Below are positions 1 to 6,157 of a stretch of DNA of 64,000 nt, one piece after another. Origin of the DNA: Roseburia sp. (GTDB lineage: Bacteria > Bacillota > Clostridia > Lachnospirales > Lachnospiraceae); assembly GCA_045531555.1 (NCBI GenBank), contig JAZSEF010000027.1:20946-84945 (forward strand). The letters are read 5' to 3'. The notes beneath the pieces were generated by a model that did not search any database, was not told where the DNA came from, and saw only the letters and a list, made by a program, of their open reading frames with translations. Numbering within the stretch: position 1 is the first letter of the stretch; each line of letters begins with the position of its first letter. Position numbers and translations under genes: made by a program.

Positions 1-43
1 GATTGTGTGCATATAAATCAATTCTGCTGGTTAATTCACTCAT
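1..43 (-). CDS. 5' end of a gene running off the left edge (MSELTSRIDLYAHN...); probable target of the invertible promoter
   Basis: ATG at 43-41, preceded on the minus strand by GAAAGGTAG (SD-like); frame open to position 1; only 14 codons visible. Confidence 0.6.
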   Translation of the reverse strand, partial: MSELTSRIDLYAHN

Positions 44-60
44 GCAATCACTACCTTTCA

Positions 61-118
61 ACCAAAACAAAAGCCCTAGGATACAACATAATGTGAATTA
101 TGTTGTATCCTAGGGCTT
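61..118 (-). terminator. Perfect 22-bp hairpin with a minus-strand U-rich tail, overlapping the left recombination site
   Basis: 71-92 AAGCCCTAGGATACAACATAAT / GTGA loop / 97-118 ATTATGTTGTATCCTAGGGCTT; the minus strand continues TTGTTTTGG. Confidence 0.75.
81..108 (+). repeat. dif-like tyrosine-recombinase site (left)
   Basis: ATACAACATAA-TGTGAA-TTATGTTGTAT: 11-bp inverted arms with a 6-bp asymmetric core. Confidence 0.8.
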
Positions 119-210
119 AAAAAGCACTTGTTTTTTCTATATTTAATGTTAATCGTTCATCCTCAACTCTTACAGATGTCGAGCCTCTGGAGTTAATTAT
201 AAAATGGGTA

Positions 211-239
211 TTGCATTTTTTGTAAATTAGAGTTAGAAT
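211..239 (+). promoter_or_regulatory. sigmaA-type promoter inside the invertible segment
   Basis: TTGCAT (211-216), 17-bp spacer, TAGAAT (234-239). Confidence 0.7.
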
Positions 240-280
240 AAGATAGTTTTAATATGTCATTTTATGTATTTTTTTGGAAG

Positions 281-308
281 TTACAACATAATTCACATTA
301 TGTTGTTT
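281..308 (-). repeat. dif-like tyrosine-recombinase site (right, inverted relative to left)
   Basis: TTACAACATAA-TTCACA-TTATGTTGTTT; the core TTCACA is the reverse complement of TGTGAA. Confidence 0.8.
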
Positions 309-321
309 TTTTGTTCCCTTT

Positions 322-1164
322 TCACACCACAAGTCCCAGCATCTCTAACTGTTTCCGGTGTTCTTCACAGGTTGTCCGAATATAAATCCTCGTTGTCTCG
401 ATACTGCTATGCCCTAACACATCCGCAAGTTTTGCAATATCTTTTTTCAATGAATAGAAACACTGTGCAAACAAATGTCGCAGATTATGTGGAAAGATTT
501 TTTCTGCATCCACATCCGCTTCCTTATATAATGCTTTCATCTCACGCCATATATTACTTCTATCCATACATTTTCCAGAACCGGTACAAAAGATTGCCCC
601 CGTCTCAATCTTCTTTTGCTCAGTATACAGTTTCAAGTCCCTCTGCAGTTCCTTTGGAATCAATATCGTTCGAACTTTTCCTTTATTATGAATGACAGCC
701 TTTCCTTTCCGCACACTTTCCACCGTAATATAGCCCAGTTCACTTATACGAATACCAGTAGAGCATATCGTATTAAAAATCAGTGCCAATCGGATATTTC
801 CCTTCTGTCTCGCCGCCTGCACCAGCCGTTTATACTCTGCCTTTGTCAGATATTTCTCTTCTGCAGCAAACCCGGCTTTCTGCACCTTGCAAGTCTTTAC
901 CTTCGCATCGCTCCAACCTGCAAAATCCAAAAAACAATTCAGCACCGTCAAAAAAGAATTCACACTACTGACTTCATAATTTTTTTGCTTTAACAAATAC
1001 TCTTTATATTCCATCGCCAGAAGTTTCGTCACTTCTCTTTCTCCAGCAAAATCCCAGAACTTCCTTAGGTCACACATATACTTTCGTATCGTCGCCCTGC
1101 TTTTTTCCTCTTCAATCAAATACAATTCATATTCTTCTAATAACTGCTTCGTTAATTGGCGCAT
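322..1164 (-). CDS. Tyrosine recombinase/invertase (XerC/D-like, 280 aa)
   Basis: Catalytic motifs TGIRISE (R), KGK (K), HNLRH (HxxR), LGHSSIETTRIY (H, Y); N-terminal SAM-like domain; GGAGGGG SD. Confidence 0.95.
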   Translation of the reverse strand: MRQLTKQLLEEYELYLIEEEKSRATIRKYMCDLRKFWDFAGEREVTKLLAMEYKEYLLKQKNYEVSSVNSFLTVLNCFLDFAGWSDAKVKTCKVQKAGFAAEEKYLTKAEYKRLVQAARQKGNIRLALIFNTICSTGIRISELGYITVESVRKGKAVIHNKGKVRTILIPKELQRDLKLYTEQKKIETGAIFCTGSGKCMDRSNIWREMKALYKEADVDAEKIFPHNLRHLFAQCFYSLKKDIAKLADVLGHSSIETTRIYIRTTCEEHRKQLEMLGLVV

Positions 1165-1251
1165 AATTCCCCTCCATTACATTTTTCTTTTCCATTATAG
1201 TTCCACCTCCTTCTTATCAGTATACATAAATTAAACAAAGAGTTCGCCCGC

Positions 1252-1297
1252 AAAAAAATAAGCCCGCCCTAAGTTCATTGTCCCTAGGGTGAGCTTA
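1252..1297 (-). terminator. Intrinsic terminator after the Rpn-like gene
   Basis: Minus-strand stem TAAGCTCACCCTAG...TTAGGGCGGGCTTA followed by a T run. Confidence 0.7.
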
Positions 1298-1303
1298 ATA
1301 TGA

Positions 1304-2230
1304 CTAGATGGTTTGTATGATTTTTTGCACATACGCTACATCACATTCAACAATATCACAAATCTCCTCTATAGATTTATTTCTCTTCAACATATTGGTA
1401 ATAATATTTCTACGCTCCTGTTCAACACCAAGACTTCTACCTTCTTCTCGTCCTTCAGCCTTACTATAATCCATTAAATCCTGTATTCCTTTACACACGT
1501 TGACTTTACCATCCTTTCCTTTATACTCATTAATTTTCACATTTCCTTCTTTTTTTATATTTGCATACTTTGCAACTACCTCATATGCATCTTCATCCAT
1601 ATTTTGATAATATGAATCGTTATTTACCAATCGATACAATTCATCCCACTTTTCAGAAAATCTTATAAAATCAAATACCTTTGCCACATCCGTTTTAAAA
1701 ATACTTGTATCTGTCAATCTACGAATATCCACCACATTAATCCGATAGTCTTGAACCAATTCTTTTATCGAATTCGGTATCTTCGTAAAATCTACCATCT
1801 CATGCAGGCTCTCCGGTCCGTCCCAAGGTTCGCTTCCTGCATATAACACAATTGTCGTAACAGGATGCAACCGACTCTCCTTTTTAAAACCATACATATA
1901 CTCTCCCGGACGCAGTTCCTTGCTATTAGCTCTAATATTCTTACTAATACCTGCTATCTGCTGTCTGTAGTGACTTACATCATATTCCATAATTCGCACG
2001 GGTAGCTCATAATCTATCTCATCCTGATTTTCAATTCCTATTATAGCAAAATTAACTCCCACTGCCACTTTACAGACTAAATCCCTGGTTTTCTCCTTAC
2101 TTCTGGTATCTAATTCTGTTAAATCCTCCTGCGACACTACTTGCTGTCCTTTACACAAAACACCATTGATAATATCAGCGTATCTACGATTATCTTTAAA
2201 ATAATCACACCATTTTACATCTTTTCCCAT
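1304..2230 (-). CDS. Rpn/YhgA-like PD-(D/E)XK nuclease (putative transposase family)
   Basis: RDLV...IGIENQ...PVRIMEYD...LHPVTTIVLY motifs; C-terminal EGREEG repeat and HTH-like tail; AGGAGG SD. Confidence 0.85.
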   Translation of the reverse strand: MGKDVKWCDYFKDNRRYADIINGVLCKGQQVVSQEDLTELDTRSKEKTRDLVCKVAVGVNFAIIGIENQDEIDYELPVRIMEYDVSHYRQQIAGISKNIRANSKELRPGEYMYGFKKESRLHPVTTIVLYAGSEPWDGPESLHEMVDFTKIPNSIKELVQDYRINVVDIRRLTDTSIFKTDVAKVFDFIRFSEKWDELYRLVNNDSYYQNMDEDAYEVVAKYANIKKEGNVKINEYKGKDGKVNVCKGIQDLMDYSKAEGREEGRSLGVEQERRNIITNMLKRNKSIEEICDIVECDVAYVQKIIQTI

Positions 2231-2271
2231 GGTCCTCCTTCTGTAACCATATAGAAAATCCGTCTACAAAA

Positions 2272-2300
2272 ATTATACAAAAAATAAACTCTACTGGCAA
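2272..2300 (-). promoter_or_regulatory. sigmaA promoter of the Rpn-like gene
   Basis: Minus strand TTGCCA, 17 bp, TATAAT. Confidence 0.7.
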
Positions 2301-2487
2301 TTGTTACTTCTTAATTTTTAGTTATATTGGAACACTTCCCCGAATCGGGAGAATTGTCTTAGATTATCCAAAGCAAAAACTTTGAACATATAATACAAGC
2401 TTTAAAGCTACTACCATGAAAACACTTCACAGCGAATGAAAATAATTCTTGTAGACGATTTCTATATCTTATCGCCTGTAGAAATAC

Positions 2488-2534
2488 AAAAAGCGCAAGC
2501 GCTTACCGAATACTTTCAGTATAGCACTCACGCT
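2488..2534 (-). terminator. Terminator after the ABC transporter
   Basis: Minus strand AGCGTGAGTGCT...AGCGCTTGCGCT followed by TTTT. Confidence 0.6.
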
Positions 2535-2604
2535 ATTTATTTACAAGATATTTATCTTACATCCTTCGGCATGGCTGCAATTCTCAAATCTAATCCCAAA
2601 AACG

Positions 2605-4344
2605 TTATACGTTTTTGAACTGCATCATATACAAATGCTCATAAATTCCTTTCTTTGCGAGCAGTTCTTCATGCGTTCCTTCTTCCTCGATACCATCCTC
2701 TGATAACACCAGAATCTTCTCCGCATTTTTAATCGTAGAAAGGCGATGTGCAATAACAAACGTCGTACGGTTTGCAGCCAATTTCTCAAGCGAATCCTGC
2801 ACTACTTTTTCACTTTCGTTATCCAACGCCGATGTAGCCTCATCAAAAATCAAAATCGGCGGATTCTTTAAAAATACTCTGGCAATAGATAATCTCTGCT
2901 TCTGCCCACCCGAGAGCTTAATACCACGCTGTCCAATATCTGTATTATAACCATCCGGGAACGACATGATGAATTCATGTGCATTCGCATTTTTTGCCGC
3001 TGTAATGATTTCTTCCTCTGTAGCGTCCGGCTTACCGTAACGGATATTTTCCATAATTGTTCCTGCAAACAGATATACATCCTGCTGTACAATACCAATC
3101 TGATTACGCAGGCTCTTTAACTTTACATCACGAATATCTTTTCCATCGATACGAATCGTTCCGCCTGTTACGTCATAAAAACGTGGAATCAAAGAACACA
3201 AGGTACTTTTTCCGGCACCGGAAGAACCTACTAATGCCATATATGCACCTGCCGGTACATTCAGATTAATCTGGTTCAACACTTTTTCTGTATTTTCTTC
3301 ATACTGGAATGTTACATTTTCAAAAGTAATGTCACCCCTGACATCCACCAAGTCTACTGCACCTTCCCTATCCTTAATATCCGGTTCCATATTCATGATT
3401 TCCATAAAACGCTCGAAACCACTGTAACCATTCTGGAACTGTTCCGTAAAATCAATCAAAGTACGAACCGGATCAGTGAATACACTGATATATAATAAGA
3501 AGGTTAGCAAATCACTGACATCTACATTGCCCTTTGCAATCAAAATCGTTCCGATTACAATTACATTCACCTGAATCAACGTCGTAAATGAACCTAATCC
3601 TGCATGGAAACTTCCCATATAAAAATAACTGTTTTTCTTCGCCGAAAGGAAACCATCATTTCCCACTTTGAATTTGCCATTCTCAATCTCTTCGTTGGCA
3701 AACGACTTTACTACGCGGATTCCTGATAAATTATCCTCAATCTGAGCATTAATCTCAGCGATTTTCGCACGGTTCTGTCGGAATGCACTACGCATTTTTT
3801 TATTCAGGAAAAATGCGTAAGTAAACATAAACGGCAAAACTGCAAACGCTGCCAACGCCAAGGTTGGATTAATACTTAATAAAATACATAAAGCACCTAT
3901 GATTTTTACAATAGACAAAATCAAATTTTCCGGTCCATGATGCAGTAACTCCGTAATATCAAACAAATCTGATGTAATACGGCTCATAAGCTGACCAACC
4001 TTTTGATTATCATAAAACGAAAAACTCAATTTCTGAAAATGGTCGAAAATCTCTGCTCGCATCTCATATTCAATTTTGGCACCCATCACATGTCCCTGAT
4101 TTGAAATATAAAACTTGCTGTAACAGTCCACTGCTACCAACACCAATAATGCAATTGCAATATACACGATCCTGCTCAATACTACTTCTGTATCCATGTA
4201 AATCAATTGGGACGTCACATAACGAATAATGAGCGGTATCGTCAACGCAATCGCTGCCGATAAGCTTGCAAAAAACATATCCGTTAAGAACTCTCTCATA
4301 TGCGATTTATAATAAGATAACATTTTCTTTAGATTCTGATTCAT
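2605..4344 (-). CDS. ABC exporter, fused permease/ATP-binding protein
   Basis: N-terminal TM helices; Walker A GSSGAGKS, signature LSGGQKQR, Walker B ILIFDEATS. Confidence 0.95.
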   Translation of the reverse strand: MNQNLKKMLSYYKSHMREFLTDMFFASLSAAIALTIPLIIRYVTSQLIYMDTEVVLSRIVYIAIALLVLVAVDCYSKFYISNQGHVMGAKIEYEMRAEIFDHFQKLSFSFYDNQKVGQLMSRITSDLFDITELLHHGPENLILSIVKIIGALCILLSINPTLALAAFAVLPFMFTYAFFLNKKMRSAFRQNRAKIAEINAQIEDNLSGIRVVKSFANEEIENGKFKVGNDGFLSAKKNSYFYMGSFHAGLGSFTTLIQVNVIVIGTILIAKGNVDVSDLLTFLLYISVFTDPVRTLIDFTEQFQNGYSGFERFMEIMNMEPDIKDREGAVDLVDVRGDITFENVTFQYEENTEKVLNQINLNVPAGAYMALVGSSGAGKSTLCSLIPRFYDVTGGTIRIDGKDIRDVKLKSLRNQIGIVQQDVYLFAGTIMENIRYGKPDATEEEIITAAKNANAHEFIMSFPDGYNTDIGQRGIKLSGGQKQRLSIARVFLKNPPILIFDEATSALDNESEKVVQDSLEKLAANRTTFVIAHRLSTIKNAEKILVLSEDGIEEEGTHEELLAKKGIYEHLYMMQFKNV

Positions 4345-4554
4345 ACTTCTATCCTGCCTTTTAACATTCTCTTACCGCAAAAATGTCACGCTAGTATCAT
4401 TTTTCCTCGTCTATATATCATATATCTCTTTTAAACTTGTTGCAAGTTCTTTTCCAAAAGATTGCACAAAATCAAAAAAACTGCCGGTTCGTTATATACA
4501 AACCAGCAGCAACTGTACATACAATATAAAATTAAACTGTAACTCCCATTCTAT

Positions 4555-5223
4555 TCAGCCCCAGAAATCGTACCTACTACTATTTGCCAAATAACTGTAA
4601 CCATCTGAACCATATTGAGAACTATAACTCTGTACATTGGTTTTTGCATTATCCGAAATACGGCTTACTATGTATGCCGTTTTCGTAGTAAACAACCCAT
4701 TTCCATCCAATGCTTTTTTTATTGTTTCTATATCTGCACTACTCAATTTCTCTTCATCCAATGCCAACATACCATTCTCATTTTGCGTAATACCAATCGC
4801 AAACAAGTCATTTTCACTTTCTTTTGCTGTCTCTGCTAACATTTCCCGATAAAAATCATTCAATGGATTCGATGTAGTTTTCAAATGTTTTACAGTATTA
4901 TTATATCCTTTTACCAACTGCTTTACTGCATCTGCTACCGTTGACTTCTGTGTATCTACACTCTGATAAATACTATTTTCACCTTCTTCCATAAAACGCT
5001 CTACAGACTGTAACAAAGAATTTGCTGACTCCTCCAGTTTTTTATAATTCGCAGACTGTGTCTTACTTATGGTTGTATTCTGTTTTGTATTCAGTGCATT
5101 CAACAATATACTTTGTGTAGTCGGTGTATTCCCTTTATTAATATAATTCAATAAAGAAGCTTCTCCCAAAGGTATCCCTGCTCGCTTTGCAGAAGCATGC
5201 ATCATCTGTGTTGTAACTCTCAT
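4555..5223 (-). CDS. Flagellar-associated hypothetical protein (FlgL-like N-terminus, FliD-like C-terminal region)
   Basis: MRVTTQMM start; VKQLVKGYNNTV...IGITQNENGMLALDEEKL resembles FliD segments; downstream of a sigma28-type promoter. Confidence 0.55.
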   Translation of the reverse strand: MRVTTQMMHASAKRAGIPLGEASLLNYINKGNTPTTQSILLNALNTKQNTTISKTQSANYKKLEESANSLLQSVERFMEEGENSIYQSVDTQKSTVADAVKQLVKGYNNTVKHLKTTSNPLNDFYREMLAETAKESENDLFAIGITQNENGMLALDEEKLSSADIETIKKALDGNGLFTTKTAYIVSRISDNAKTNVQSYSSQYGSDGYSYLANSSRYDFWG

Positions 5224-5714
5224 TCTATCTCTCCTTCACTTTTTATTTCGTCCAGCCCCCCTTTATAAGAAGCATATTTTTCTTTTACATATGCGTATCT
5301 GGATTTGGGCACTGAAATCTCTTTTCCATTTGCCAATCTTAAAATATAGCTGCTGATTTTTTCGATATACCGCATATTTACAATAAAGCTCAAGTGAATT
5401 CTTACGAACCCGTACTCCTCCAACTCCTCTTCTAAATCACTTAACTTTTTATAAATACTATACACCTGTGTTTTGGTATAGAAAAAATTTTTATGCCTCG
5501 AAGTTTCAATATAGATAATATCTTCCGCCTTTAAACTTATCTTACCTTCCACAAAGGAGAACTCCAACATTTGATTTTCCTGCTTCGCTTTCTCTGGAAT
5601 ATCTTCATATTCTACAATCTCCAAATCGTGATGATGTGTCTGCTTATATTCCACCAATAGTTTTTTTAGCGCACTTCTGTCCCGCTTCCTATCATCGTAT
5701 ATAATTATTTTCAT
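5220..5714 (-). CDS. LytTR DNA-binding protein with a truncated receiver domain
   Basis: Likely start MKIIIYDD at 5714; LytTR motifs DIIYIET, FVRIHLSFIVNM, ISVPKSR. Confidence 0.85.
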   Translation of the reverse strand: MKIIIYDDRKRDRSALKKLLVEYKQTHHHDLEIVEYEDIPEKAKQENQMLEFSFVEGKISLKAEDIIYIETSRHKNFFYTKTQVYSIYKKLSDLEEELEEYGFVRIHLSFIVNMRYIEKISSYILRLANGKEISVPKSRYAYVKEKYASYKGGLDEIKSEGEIE

Positions 5715-5749
5715 GGTTGTCCTCACTCCGCTTGCTCTTCTCAAATAGT

Positions 5750-5776
5750 TTATCGGCAAGTTTTGAAAACACCTAA
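5750..5776 (-). promoter_or_regulatory. sigma28 (FliA/SigD)-type promoter
   Basis: Minus strand TTAG, 15 bp, GCCGATAA (consensus -10). Confidence 0.65.
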
Positions 5777-5817
5777 GAGGACTTACACCATTCGACTATG
5801 TCTTGCACGAAACGACT

Positions 5818-5849
5818 AAAAAGGAGCTACCATTACTGGTAGCTCCTTT
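5818..5849 (-). terminator. rpsU terminator
   Basis: AAAGGAGCTACCA-TTAC-TGGTAGCTCCTTT hairpin with a T tail on the minus strand. Confidence 0.8.
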
Positions 5850-5860
5850 ACGTGCATTAA

Positions 5861-6037
5861 TTAATTATATTTTCTTTTTCTTGCTGCTTCAGATTTCTTT
5901 TTACGTCTTACGCTTGGTTTCTCGTAATGCTCACGCTTACGAATCTCCTGCTGGATACCTGCTTTTGCACAGTTTCTTTTGAAACGGCGTAAAGCGCTAT
6001 CTAAAGTCTCGTTTTCTTTTACAATTACACTAGACAT
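5861..6037 (-). CDS. rpsU: 30S ribosomal protein S21
   Basis: [21 protein letters not shown]...[23 protein letters not shown]; start reassigned to 6037 after a GGAGG SD. Confidence 0.98.
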   Translation of the reverse strand: MSSVIVKENETLDSALRRFKRNCAKAGIQQEIRKREHYEKPSVRRKKKSEAARKRKYN

Positions 6038-6157
6038 TATCTCACACCTAACCTCCCTCCAGTTGCTTATTGTGCATATCAACTGTAAGGTAATTCTTTG
6101 CACTAGATAACATTATAACAGAAAATCTATTTTTGTCAACTACTTTTTTAAAACTTT

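Larger units (their letters stand above)
81..308. mobile_element. Putative invertible DNA segment (phase-variation switch)
   Basis: 83-107 is the exact reverse complement of 282-306 (25 bp); internal promoter; adjacent tyrosine recombinase. Confidence 0.75.

Noticed and set aside
81-108. Chromosomal dif site (replication terminus)
   Set aside because: Both arms are symmetric, a second inverted copy lies 200 bp away, and a dedicated recombinase is adjacent; this fits an inversion switch better than a single XerC/XerD dif.
264-993. + strand ORFs 264-695, 616-993 and 783-971
   Set aside because: Antisense shadows of the recombinase with no recognisable motifs or SD; any + strand transcription here is more likely non-coding.
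322-2230. Prophage or ICE boundary
   Set aside because: No phage, conjugation or excisionase genes and no att duplication visible; housekeeping-type genes follow directly.
2436-2618. 60-aa ORF MKIILVDD resembling a receiver-domain start
   Set aside because: No SD; it runs through the inverted repeat and a terminator hairpin, and similarity stops after eight residues.
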